Program-made: the position numbers and the translations under genes
Source: Balneolales bacterium
Lineage (GTDB): Bacteria; Bacteroidota; Rhodothermia; Balneolales; DATFMH01
DNA length: 64,000 nucleotides
Assembly: GCA_035267045.1 (NCBI GenBank)
Contig: DATFMH010000147.1
Location: forward strand, 5,798-69,797
Direction of reading: 5' to 3'
Shown: positions 47,327 to 56,393 of the stretch, piece after piece
Layout: each line of letters starts with the position of its first letter
How positions within the stretch are numbered: position 1 is the first letter of the stretch
Notes under the pieces: generated by a model
Seen by the model: the letters and a program-made list of their open reading frames with translations, nothing else
What the model was told of the DNA's origin: nothing
Database searches by the model: none

Positions 47327-48853
47327 TTATTGCCGTTGAATATTCACAACTGTTAATGTTACAGTTATGGAATTTGCGGCACCGTACTGATCGGTTGCTA
47401 TGATCCTGAAGGTATTTTTCCCCACTTGTTGTAGTTGGGGTGTCCAGGTGAATTCGCCTGTTTTTTCATCAATTTGGGCTCCCTGAGGCAAATTTACGCC
47501 GAGATAACGAACGAGGTTTTTATTAGATCCATCGGGATCAACAGCGTGAAAATTTAAGGTGAATTTCTGTTTTACACCGATACTCATGGGTTGAACCGGA
47601 GAAAAACGCGGTGGTTGATTAAAATTTCGTACATGAACCATGAATGATGTACTATCTGTTTGACCATCATCACTCGTGGCTATTATCGTGAATTTATGCA
47701 TACCCATGGCATTGGTGGAAGGCTGCCAGTAAAATCCGCTGCCCTTTATTTTTGCAGATTTTATTTCTGAACGATAATGAAAATGAAGATGCTTAACCGG
47801 GTAATTATTTTCGGTATTCAGCGCAAGTATTAATACATGAGGATACGGAATTGATTGCGTTTTTATAGGTACTAATTTGAGTTTATCAGGTATTGTATTC
47901 ACTGATGCATTCATTTTACTGTTTGCAACAACAAGATCGTTAACCTGATTGTATTCACTCATCCAAAGCTTATTCTTACTGATTGTAAAATAATTACCAG
48001 CTTGCACATCATTCCTGAATGTAACGGGATTATGATCTTTTTGGGCGAGCCAGACTTGACCTGATTTACTTCGGATGACATAAAAACCTTTCCATACAGC
48101 TATATGAACTACCGGTTCTCCAACAGAAAAATATTTGGTTGTGTTACCGGAATTGTCAATAGAATAGATATTACCGTCCGGCGTACTACCTAAGAGTTCA
48201 TTATTAAGTAAGAAGATATGTTCCAGGTTTCGATTGACGGTAACTTGCCTGTTCAGTTTAACCGTGTCCTGATCAGCAGCATATTCGTAAATGGTATTAT
48301 TTGTTCCCAAAGCAAGCAGTCGGTTTGGAGTATTTTCCAAATCAATTATAGAAGTTGATTCACCGGGCTTGATAAAATGTAGTGTGCTGTCGACAGCGGC
48401 CGGTGTTTGAAGAGATATCACTCCGATGCCTAAAGAATCCATGGCAAGATAAAGTGTATTATTGAGTCTGCCGGCATCCAATGCAGGTTCAGGTAAATAA
48501 GTAGAAGAATATACACCCAGTAATGAAGTTGGCTCAATAACAGTCAGACGTTTACCATTACCAAACAGATAGGCAAACCGGCTGTCTGCGGTCATTTCAT
48601 CACCTCTTTTTTGCATGCCAGGTGAAGAATAGAGCCATTGGAGGCTATCCTGATGAGCCCGGAAGACAATCAAACCATCAGATTTCGATAATACATATAA
48701 ATGGGTCGGACTATTGACCATCGTCAATATGTTTGGTATTTGCAAAGTATTACTATCGCTTTTAACCAACTTCGGTTGTGCGGAGCATAATGAGAATCCC
48801 GCAAATAAGAAAAATGTACTAATAGAAAAATATTTGAATAATCGCTTCTTCAT
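47327..48853 (-). CDS. Secreted protein: N-terminal beta-propeller-like region plus two C-terminal Ig/cadherin-like (He_PIG-type) domains
   Basis: The track ORF extends to 48982 and overlaps the SDR gene. ATG 48853 gives MKKRLFKYFSISTFFLFAGFSLCSAQ, a signal peptide, and removes the overlap. The C-terminus has two repeats of the F.V...D.DG type ending in T.TV.V. Confidence 0.6.
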   Translation of the reverse strand: MKKRLFKYFSISTFFLFAGFSLCSAQPKLVKSDSNTLQIPNILTMVNSPTHLYVLSKSDGLIVFRAHQDSLQWLYSSPGMQKRGDEMTADSRFAYLFGNGKRLTVIEPTSLLGVYSSTYLPEPALDAGRLNNTLYLAMDSLGIGVISLQTPAAVDSTLHFIKPGESTSIIDLENTPNRLLALGTNNTIYEYAADQDTVKLNRQVTVNRNLEHIFLLNNELLGSTPDGNIYSIDNSGNTTKYFSVGEPVVHIAVWKGFYVIRSKSGQVWLAQKDHNPVTFRNDVQAGNYFTISKNKLWMSEYNQVNDLVVANSKMNASVNTIPDKLKLVPIKTQSIPYPHVLILALNTENNYPVKHLHFHYRSEIKSAKIKGSGFYWQPSTNAMGMHKFTIIATSDDGQTDSTSFMVHVRNFNQPPRFSPVQPMSIGVKQKFTLNFHAVDPDGSNKNLVRYLGVNLPQGAQIDEKTGEFTWTPQLQQVGKNTFRIIATDQYGAANSITVTLTVVNIQRQ

Positions 48854-48867
48854 ATAAATAATGAGCT

Positions 48868-49836
48868 TTATAACCAATGATGTCTTTTGTACCATAAGAC
48901 AGTTTCCAATATGCCTTCTTCTAATCCGACCTGTTGCTGGTAATGTAAATCTTTTTTTGCTTTTGCTGTGGAACAGGTCCATTCCAAAACCATTTCATTT
49001 GCCTTTTCCCGATTAAAAACGGGGTAATGTCCAAAAAATGATGCGAATTTTTCAGTCAGACTGGCAAGATTTTTTACCAGTTTAGTCTTTATATGTATGG
49101 GTATCAATTTTTTTCCAAGTGCTCTTGCCGTAGCTTTCATTATTTGATTCCAAGTGTAGGTTTCGTCGCTCGAAATAAAATAAGTTTCTACTCCCTTATG
49201 AGGATGATTAGCTGCCAGCCATAAACCTTGTACCACATCACGGACATGTACAAGTGAAATTCGTGGATTCTGGCCATCGCCAACGATTGGGCAGAAGCCT
49301 TTTGCAGCAATTTTAAAAAACGTATAAATTTGTTCTTCACGAGGGCCATAAACAGCGGCTGCTCTTAAAATAGTAATAGATGTGTCCGGTTCCGAAATTT
49401 TATGTATAATTTCTTCCATTTTTTTCTTCGATTCCCCATACATACTTACCGGGTGAAGAGGGTCTTGCTCATTAACGGGCCTGGAGATACTTGGACCAAC
49501 TGCTGCCAGAGAAGAAAGCACAACTATTTTTTTTACATTTATTTTTTGAGCCAGACGAATCAAAACTTCAGTGGCTTCAACATTAACTAAATCGAATGTC
49601 TTTTTGTCAGGAGCCATGACCACAGCTGCCAGATGATATAATACATCAACACCATCGAGTCCTTTTTTTAGAGCATCCAAATCATGGAGATCTCCATTAA
49701 TACGGGTATAATCTTTCCCTTCGAGCCATTTTTCATTATTTCGAACAAGACAACGTACTTCGACATTTTTGTCAATAAGTAAATCTATAAGGTGGCTTCC
49801 TATAAAACCGGTGGCACCGGTGATGAAGGCTTTCAT
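48868..49836 (-). CDS. NAD(P)-dependent epimerase/dehydratase-family (extended SDR) reductase
   Basis: 322 aa. It has the Rossmann motif ITGATGFIGSHL and the catalytic YGESK (YxxxK). It is divergent from the GT4-GT4-SPT-GNAT operon. Confidence 0.85.
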   Translation of the reverse strand: MKAFITGATGFIGSHLIDLLIDKNVEVRCLVRNNEKWLEGKDYTRINGDLHDLDALKKGLDGVDVLYHLAAVVMAPDKKTFDLVNVEATEVLIRLAQKINVKKIVVLSSLAAVGPSISRPVNEQDPLHPVSMYGESKKKMEEIIHKISEPDTSITILRAAAVYGPREEQIYTFFKIAAKGFCPIVGDGQNPRISLVHVRDVVQGLWLAANHPHKGVETYFISSDETYTWNQIMKATARALGKKLIPIHIKTKLVKNLASLTEKFASFFGHYPVFNREKANEMVLEWTCSTAKAKKDLHYQQQVGLEEGILETVLWYKRHHWL

Positions 49837-50015
49837 GATTTTTTCGTATATTTATTAGTTATGTTAAAGAGAGAATATAAGTAAATATTGTCGTGTCTGA
49901 TTATATCTAATGCATAATTTGAAATCGGATACTGTAGATCAAGTAGTAACATGATAATAATATAAATGGTAACCAATGATACGCCAACTTTTTAGGTGTA
50001 TCGTCAAGAAGTTTT

Positions 50016-51170
50016 ATGAAGGAATTAAGAGTCGCGATTTTTACAGGTAATTATAATCATATAGCTGATGGTGTATCGTTAACGCTGAATCGGTTAGTGA
50101 AATACCTGGAAAAAAATAATATACCGGTCATCGTTTTCGGACCAACAAGTGACAAGCCTGATATCAATCATGCAGGTGAATTTGTTCCCGTACCCTCACT
50201 GCCTATGCCGGGGCGGCCGGAATACCGGGTTACGGTAGGTTTTCCCGAAGAAGTGCAGAAACGTTTACGATCTTTTAATCCTACGCTAATTCATATTGCA
50301 ACTCCTGATGTTTTAGGTTTTAGAGCCATGCGATTTGCACAGGCAAATGATATTCAGATTGTCGCATCATATCATACGCATTTCACCAGTTATTTGAAAT
50401 ATTATAATATGGAAATGCTTGAGATGCTTGGCTGGAAATACCTTGTTTGGTTTTATGAGCAATGTAAACATGTTTATGTCCCGGCTCCCTCAATGGCGGA
50501 TGAGTTGTATAATAGAGGTATTAAGAATGGATTACGTATTTGGTCACGGGGAGTAGATTCCAACTTGTTTGCGCCGGAAAAACGGAATATGAAATGGCGA
50601 CACTCTTATGGAATCAGGGATGATGAGGTCGTCGTATCATTTGTTTCCCGCCTTGTATGGGAAAAGGATTTACAAACGATGGTCGATACCTTCAAAAAGA
50701 TTTTCGAAGCCGATTCAAATATCAGAGCTTTGATTGTTGGTGATGGACCGGCACGTAAAGAGCTCCAATATATGATGCGTGATGGTATATTCACCGGTTT
50801 TCTTCAGGGTGAGGAACTTGCCCGTGCTTACGCCAGTAGTGATATTTTCTTTTTCCCATCCGACACGGAAACATTTGGTAGTGTGACACTTGAAGCTCTT
50901 TCCAGCGGTGTGCCTGCAGTCGTTGCCGATGCCACCGGTAGTAAATCGTTGGTAGAGTCAGGTGTTAATGGATTACTCGTACCACCAAAGAAAACAAATG
51001 AATTTGCGGAAGCAGTTGTAGATCTGGCACATAAGCCGGAATTACGTAAGCGTATGTCGGAGGCTGCCCGGCAAAAAGCGTTGGCCTATTCATGGGATAC
51101 TGTAATGGCTAAACTCGTGAAAAATTACGAAGAAGCATTAGGTCAACCCCGGCCGGAATTAAAGTTCTGA
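50016..51170 (+). CDS. Glycosyltransferase family 4 (GT-B, retaining type)
   Basis: 384 aa. The N-terminal block is VAIFTGNYNHIADGVS. The C-terminal EX7E-type block is SDTETFGSVTLEALSSGVPAVV. Confidence 0.85.
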   Translation: MKELRVAIFTGNYNHIADGVSLTLNRLVKYLEKNNIPVIVFGPTSDKPDINHAGEFVPVPSLPMPGRPEYRVTVGFPEEVQKRLRSFNPTLIHIATPDVLGFRAMRFAQANDIQIVASYHTHFTSYLKYYNMEMLEMLGWKYLVWFYEQCKHVYVPAPSMADELYNRGIKNGLRIWSRGVDSNLFAPEKRNMKWRHSYGIRDDEVVVSFVSRLVWEKDLQTMVDTFKKIFEADSNIRALIVGDGPARKELQYMMRDGIFTGFLQGEELARAYASSDIFFFPSDTETFGSVTLEALSSGVPAVVADATGSKSLVESGVNGLLVPPKKTNEFAEAVVDLAHKPELRKRMSEAARQKALAYSWDTVMAKLVKNYEEALGQPRPELKF

Positions 51171-51177
51171 GGTTATT

Positions 51178-52311
51178 TTGAAAATCTTGTATGTGTCACA
51201 TTTACATCCTCCCAAAGATGCCGTCCTGGCAAATATGGGCGGCATGCAGCGTGTAAGCATGCAACTTGTAGACGAATTGAAACAACGGGATGATGTTGAA
51301 TTAATTGATGTTACGCATGAAGTTTCCTGGAAGATGGCCGGACCAATGACGGCTTGGTTTCTCTTGAATCAATTATTTGAGCTGCCGGATTTAGTCAGAC
51401 GGGAGAAACCGGATGTTGTTTTGTTTTCTTCGATGGTAACAGCGAGCCTTGCATATTTTTTGAGAAAAAAAATAAATGTGCCGATGATTACAATTAATCA
51501 CGGGCAGGATGTAACATTACCAGTGAATCTGTATCAAAAGTTTGTACCAAGAATTTTTAAAAATATTGACGGCGTTATATCCGTATCGAGTGCTACGCGT
51601 GAACAATGTATAAAACGTGGTATGCATGAGGATAAAGGTGTGGCCCTGCCAAATGGTTTTCCGGTATCGGATTATAATAATCGGATAAACGATTCTGAAT
51701 ATTCCAGATGTTATTTGGAAAATAATTTCAATCTTGATCTGAAAAATAAATATTTATTATTAACCGTTGGTCGGTTAGTTCGGCGTAAAGGCCATTACTG
51801 GTTCATTGACAAAATTTTACCTAAAATATCATCAGATATAGAATATGTTGTTATTGGTGACGGCCCGGAATTGGAACATATTCGCAAACTGGTTGCAAAT
51901 TCGCCGGTAGGTGGAAATGTAACGTTATTGGGCCGGCAACCTGACGAAGTTCTACAACATGCCTATACTGCGTCAGATCTATTTATAATGCCTAATATAA
52001 AGGTGCCCGGGGATATGGAAGGATTTGGGATTGTACTGCTCGAAGCTAATATTTCAGGCACACCTGTAATAGCCTCAGGTTTAGAAGGAATAAGAGATGT
52101 AATTAAACAAGGAATAAATGGTTACCAGGTGGAACCGGGTAATGATGAGATGTTTGCCCTAAAAGTTGATGACGTATTACAAAATGAATTAAATGTATTA
52201 TCGGAACAATGCAGACCGTATGTAGTTGAAAATTTCAATTGGGAACATGTTGTTAATCAATATCTTAACTACATACACTTGGTTGTGGATCAATATCGCA
52301 GGCGAAATTGA
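51178..52311 (+). CDS. Glycosyltransferase family 4 (second copy)
   Basis: 377 aa with a TTG start 7 nt after the upstream stop. It has the GT-B block MEGFGIVLLEANISGTPVIAS. Confidence 0.8.
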   Translation: MKILYVSHLHPPKDAVLANMGGMQRVSMQLVDELKQRDDVELIDVTHEVSWKMAGPMTAWFLLNQLFELPDLVRREKPDVVLFSSMVTASLAYFLRKKINVPMITINHGQDVTLPVNLYQKFVPRIFKNIDGVISVSSATREQCIKRGMHEDKGVALPNGFPVSDYNNRINDSEYSRCYLENNFNLDLKNKYLLLTVGRLVRRKGHYWFIDKILPKISSDIEYVVIGDGPELEHIRKLVANSPVGGNVTLLGRQPDEVLQHAYTASDLFIMPNIKVPGDMEGFGIVLLEANISGTPVIASGLEGIRDVIKQGINGYQVEPGNDEMFALKVDDVLQNELNVLSEQCRPYVVENFNWEHVVNQYLNYIHLVVDQYRRRN

Positions 52312-52382
52312 AAACTCATTTCCGGGAAATTTGATTGAAAAAATATACTAGCTATATTAATAACTGAATTTTTAAAGATAAG

Positions 52383-53636
52383 TTGAAGGATTACACAAGA
52401 ATGCCTAACTCCAAAACCGAAATAAAATCTAGCGATTTATTCGCTAAGGCCTACGAGTTTACCAAGGCGGAAGAAGTAAAAGCTGCTGGACTTTATCCTT
52501 ATTTTAAGCCAATTACAGAAAGCGATGGTAATGTGGTGACAATTGAGGGTAACGAAGTCATTATGGCCGGATCAAATAATTACCTGGGATTGACCAGTGA
52601 TCCGCGTGTTATAGAAGCAGCACAAAAAGCCATTCAGGAATATGGCACCGGCTGTACCGGATCACGCTATCTGAATGGAACACTTGATCTTCATTTAGAA
52701 TTGGAGCAGAAGTTAGCCGAATTCATGAGAAAAGATTCTTGTGTGCTCTTCAGCACTGGCTATCAGACCAATGAAGGTTCAATTCAAACCATAGCGGGCA
52801 GAAATGATATCATCTTTTCTGATAAAGATAATCATGCTTGTATCGTAGTAGGTACATTATGTTCCAATGCAAAAACCATTCGCTATCAGCATAATGATAT
52901 GGATCAATTGCGCAAGCTTCTTGAACGCGCCGATCCCAATGCAGGTAAACTGATTGTTAGTGATGGCGTATTTTCTATGTCAGGTTTATTGGCAAATGTT
53001 CCTGATTTATTGAAACTGGCTAAGGAATTTGGAGCTCGTCTTTATCTTGATGATGCCCATGCTATAGGCGTAATTGGTGAAGGTGGTCGAGGATCAGCCT
53101 CTACATTTGGATTGCTGGACGAGGTGGACCTGATTAGTGGTACATTCTCTAAGTCATTTGCTTCACTCGGTGGTTTCCTCGTTGGTGATCGGGAGATCAT
53201 TGAATATGTACGACATTTCTCCCCGGCTCATATTTTTAGCGCGTCTATGCCGCCGGCCAATGTTATGACAGTGCTGAAATCCCTTGAAATTTTACAGGAA
53301 GAAACCTGGAGACTCGAAAGACTTGAAGAGATTTCCAATTACATGAGAAAAGGGTTGAAAGAACTCGGTTTCAATGTTTGGAACAGTCAGACACCAATCA
53401 TACCTGTTGTTATTGGTGGAGTTATGCAATGTTTTGAATTTTGGCGTGATTTATTTGAAGCTGGTGTGTATGTTAATGCAGTTGTTCCACCTGCTGTTCC
53501 GAAGGGACAGTCGCTGGTGCGAACAAGTTACATGGCAACACATACTAATGATCAGCTTGACAGAATATTAGAAGCTTTTTATAAAGTAGGTGTTAAAAAC
53601 GGTATTATTGATAAAAACGGTCATTCGCTAACATAA
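52383..53636 (+). CDS. Serine palmitoyltransferase-like alpha-oxoamine synthase (PLP-dependent)
   Basis: 417 aa; ATG 52401 is an alternative start. Blocks are NNYLGL, GTGCTGSRYLNGT, DDAHAIG and GTFSKSFASLGGF (PLP lysine). The GSR.LNGT and GTFSKS..s.GGF blocks look like Spt rather than Kbl (VRFICGT; GTLGKALGG) as I recall those sequences. Confidence 0.8.
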   Translation: MKDYTRMPNSKTEIKSSDLFAKAYEFTKAEEVKAAGLYPYFKPITESDGNVVTIEGNEVIMAGSNNYLGLTSDPRVIEAAQKAIQEYGTGCTGSRYLNGTLDLHLELEQKLAEFMRKDSCVLFSTGYQTNEGSIQTIAGRNDIIFSDKDNHACIVVGTLCSNAKTIRYQHNDMDQLRKLLERADPNAGKLIVSDGVFSMSGLLANVPDLLKLAKEFGARLYLDDAHAIGVIGEGGRGSASTFGLLDEVDLISGTFSKSFASLGGFLVGDREIIEYVRHFSPAHIFSASMPPANVMTVLKSLEILQEETWRLERLEEISNYMRKGLKELGFNVWNSQTPIIPVVIGGVMQCFEFWRDLFEAGVYVNAVVPPAVPKGQSLVRTSYMATHTNDQLDRILEAFYKVGVKNGIIDKNGHSLT

Positions 53637-53650
53637 AAGGAATTTGAATC

Positions 53651-54787
53651 TTGAAAGATAATCCTGATGTAAACGGAATAACACTGGTATCCTCAAAGAA
53701 GGATGAAAAAGCATTTCTGAATTTCCCTTATCAGCTTTATGCCGGGGATAAAAACTGGATCCCTCCTTTGTATATGGATCAGAAGACGCTTATCAGCACT
53801 AAAAAAAATCCATTTTATAATGACGCTGATATTGCTTTGTTTTTAGCTCAATCGAACGGTAAAGTTGCCGGACGAATTGCGGCGATACATAATAAAAAGT
53901 TCAATGAATACCACGATACGAATGTGGGATTCTTCGGTTTTTTTGAATGTATTGATAATCAGTCCGTAGCTAACTTATTATTTAAAGTAGCTTCCGATTG
54001 GTTAAAGGAACGAAATTTAACGGGTGTTATTGGTCCTGCCAGCCCCGGTACGATGGATGAAATAGGAGTACTGATTGAAGGCTATGAATATGAACCAAGT
54101 ATCCTGATGCCCTATAATAAAACGTATTATGATAAACTCATAAGCGGGGCCGGATATCAAAAAGAGATGGATCTTTTGGCATTCAGGGTGACCAAAGATA
54201 CGGTAGCACTCGACAGGATAGACCGCGCAGAAGCGATTGTTAAAAGAAGACTTCCGAATTTAAAAATACGGGAAGTTAACCTGAAGAATTTTGATACCGA
54301 AGTTAAAATTATCAGAGAAATATTTAACAAGGCCTGGGCCAAAAATTGGGGTTTCACGCCGCTTTCTAAAGAAGAATTCCGGCATTTGGCTAAAGATCTC
54401 AAGACCATTGTTGATACTGATATCGCTCATGTTGCGGAAATTGACGGTAAACCCGTCGGCTTTTCAATAGCTCTACCTGATTTTAATCAGGCTCTGAAAC
54501 ATATAAATGGAAAATTATTACCATTCGGTATTTTTAAATTGCTCTATTACAGCAGAAAAATAGACCGCATTAGAACCGCTCTGATGGGGATTCTTCCTGA
54601 ATACCAGGGTAAGGGTATCGATGCCCTACTACACAGGGAAGCTATCAGAAATGGCCTTGAAAAAGGATATACATCTTCTGAACTCGGCTGGGTGCTTGAA
54701 AATAATGTTGAGATGGTGCGAGTAGCTGAGAGAATAGGCGGCTCGGTCGAAAAAGTTTACAGAATGTATAAAAAAGAAATGTCGTGA
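53651..54787 (+). CDS. GNAT-fold N-acyltransferase-like protein (large, about 380-aa type)
   Basis: 378 aa with a TTG start 14 nt after the upstream stop. The C-terminal half has a GNAT-like core (ILPEYQGKGIDALL, the Q/RxxGxG/A-type acyl-CoA loop). The N-terminal half belongs to a conserved uncharacterised family pattern (NWIPPLYMDQ). Confidence 0.6.
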   Translation: MKDNPDVNGITLVSSKKDEKAFLNFPYQLYAGDKNWIPPLYMDQKTLISTKKNPFYNDADIALFLAQSNGKVAGRIAAIHNKKFNEYHDTNVGFFGFFECIDNQSVANLLFKVASDWLKERNLTGVIGPASPGTMDEIGVLIEGYEYEPSILMPYNKTYYDKLISGAGYQKEMDLLAFRVTKDTVALDRIDRAEAIVKRRLPNLKIREVNLKNFDTEVKIIREIFNKAWAKNWGFTPLSKEEFRHLAKDLKTIVDTDIAHVAEIDGKPVGFSIALPDFNQALKHINGKLLPFGIFKLLYYSRKIDRIRTALMGILPEYQGKGIDALLHREAIRNGLEKGYTSSELGWVLENNVEMVRVAERIGGSVEKVYRMYKKEMS

Positions 54788-54811
54788 TCATGATTACGAC
54801 TTTTCTTTTTT
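54781..54811 (+). terminator. Rho-independent terminator closing the GT4-GT4-SPT-GNAT operon
   Basis: The palindromic hairpin GTCGTGATCATGATTACGAC spans 54781-54800, includes one G-U pair and overlaps the TGA stop at 54785-54787. It is followed by TTTTCTTTTTT. Confidence 0.7.
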
Positions 54812-54925
54812 AAAGATAGGGAAGCGGTTCCCGAAAGTTGATACATTGGAATGTATGTAAAAAAATTGCTACTCGTCATGAAGTGAACTGAATTAGTTAA
54901 AATTAAACCGGCAGCAGGAAAAATA

Positions 54926-56380
54926 ATGACCGGTTTCGGGACAAAAATTATAGGTAGTTTATTACTTGCACTAATCTTATTACTTGTAACCGGTTTTGAT
55001 CGACCGGTAAGGTTTGAAAGTAGTATCGTGTTTTCTGAAACGACACACGATTTTGGTATAATCAGAGAGGGAGATATTGTTACGTATACTTTTTCATTTA
55101 CCAATGAAGGTCAAAAAGCCGTTCATTTAACCTCGGCAAATGCAGCATGTGGTTGTACAACACCTTCTTTCACAAGTAAGGCGGTGCAGCCGGGAGATAC
55201 AGGTTATTTAAAAGTATCTTTTAACAGTCATAAATTGCCGGGTAAATTTCATAAACGTATTGTTGTATCATTAGATCGAAGGCCTTATACAGTTACATTG
55301 TATATAGAAGGGACGGTACTGCCGACACCTTTGTCCGGTAAAGATGTCATCAAAATTGGTGGTTTAACTTTTTCTGAAGGCATAATTTATTTTGGTAATA
55401 TCCATTTTGGAAGATTAGAAAAGAAAAGAATCAAATTGCAAAATTCCACAACTTATCCTATTCGAATAGATTCCGTCAAGGGACCGGATAATGTTGAAGT
55501 TACTTATCCTCATTTTGATCTTTTAACCGGCGACAGAGTTAAAATAGGTATTACTTATAATCCTCTGAAAACCCGGATCAATCACAGTTTAAATGATTCG
55601 ATAACATTTATTACGAATGACAGTATAAATCCATACAAAACGGTATACCTGACCGGTTACATTTTGCCGGCACAAAAGAATAAGCAAACTGGGGGACCGG
55701 CTGTTACATTTTTTAAAGATTTGGTTAATATTGGTAATGTAATTCAAAATGATTCGGTAAATGTAAGGTTCCAATTTAAAAATTCCGGGAATCGCCCGTT
55801 AACGATCGGAAAATTGATGACATCATGTGGATGTACTATAGCGAAAATTTCGAAAAGGATTTACAAACCTGGAGAGACAGGTGTTATTAATGTAAGGATG
55901 AATACAAGTGGAAAATCCGGATTCATACAAAAGGAGATACGTGTAATATCCAATGCGGAAAATGAACCGGAGCATCAACTTGTTGTACAATGCAATGTTA
56001 TACAACATCCGTCAGTTAAAACAATGACGGATGACATGAATAATGGAAAGATTCTTATTTTTAAAGGTAAATGTCGTTCCTGTCATGTCAACCCGGGTAA
56101 AGGGAAAATGGGATCCGCTTTATATGAAGCTTCCTGCCGGATGTGTCATGGTGCAGTGAATGGACATGATGATGCATATCATCCCGGAATAAAACTTAAT
56201 ACCCGATATTTGGAATCAATAAGCAAAAAAAAATTGTTCAAAATGATAAGTAAGGGAACATCAAATAATACGAATAGACAGATGATGCCCGGTTTTTTAA
56301 AGCAAAATGGCGGACCGCTGTCTGTTAATCAGGTGCATTCCCTTGTAAAATATTTAAAATCGATCCAATTAACATATTAA
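54926..56380 (+). CDS. Membrane-anchored protein with three DUF1573 (PapD/ASH-like) repeats fused to a C-terminal c-type cytochrome domain
   Basis: 484 aa with an N-terminal hydrophobic anchor. DUF1573 signatures F.F.N.G...L......CGCT occur twice (AACGCTTP, SCGCTIA), with a degenerate copy between them. The C-terminus has CRSCH and CRMCH haem-c motifs and MMPGF...LS..Q...LVKYLKS, typical of class I cytochrome c. Confidence 0.75.
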   Translation: MTGFGTKIIGSLLLALILLLVTGFDRPVRFESSIVFSETTHDFGIIREGDIVTYTFSFTNEGQKAVHLTSANAACGCTTPSFTSKAVQPGDTGYLKVSFNSHKLPGKFHKRIVVSLDRRPYTVTLYIEGTVLPTPLSGKDVIKIGGLTFSEGIIYFGNIHFGRLEKKRIKLQNSTTYPIRIDSVKGPDNVEVTYPHFDLLTGDRVKIGITYNPLKTRINHSLNDSITFITNDSINPYKTVYLTGYILPAQKNKQTGGPAVTFFKDLVNIGNVIQNDSVNVRFQFKNSGNRPLTIGKLMTSCGCTIAKISKRIYKPGETGVINVRMNTSGKSGFIQKEIRVISNAENEPEHQLVVQCNVIQHPSVKTMTDDMNNGKILIFKGKCRSCHVNPGKGKMGSALYEASCRMCHGAVNGHDDAYHPGIKLNTRYLESISKKKLFKMISKGTSNNTNRQMMPGFLKQNGGPLSVNQVHSLVKYLKSIQLTY

Positions 56381-56393
56381 AAATATTAAGAAA

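Noticed and set aside
48854-48982. A 43-codon N-terminal extension of the secreted Ig-domain protein overlaps the 3' end of the SDR gene by 115 nt.
   Set aside because: The internal ATG at 48853 gives a textbook signal peptide (MKKRLFKYFSISTFFLFAGFSLCSAQ) and removes the overlap. The extension has no signal-like features.
54757-55104. A 115-aa minus-strand ORF spans the GNAT terminator and the start of the DUF1573-cytochrome gene.
   Set aside because: It crosses a terminator and an intergenic region. It lies opposite a gene with clear DUF1573 motifs and has no supporting features.
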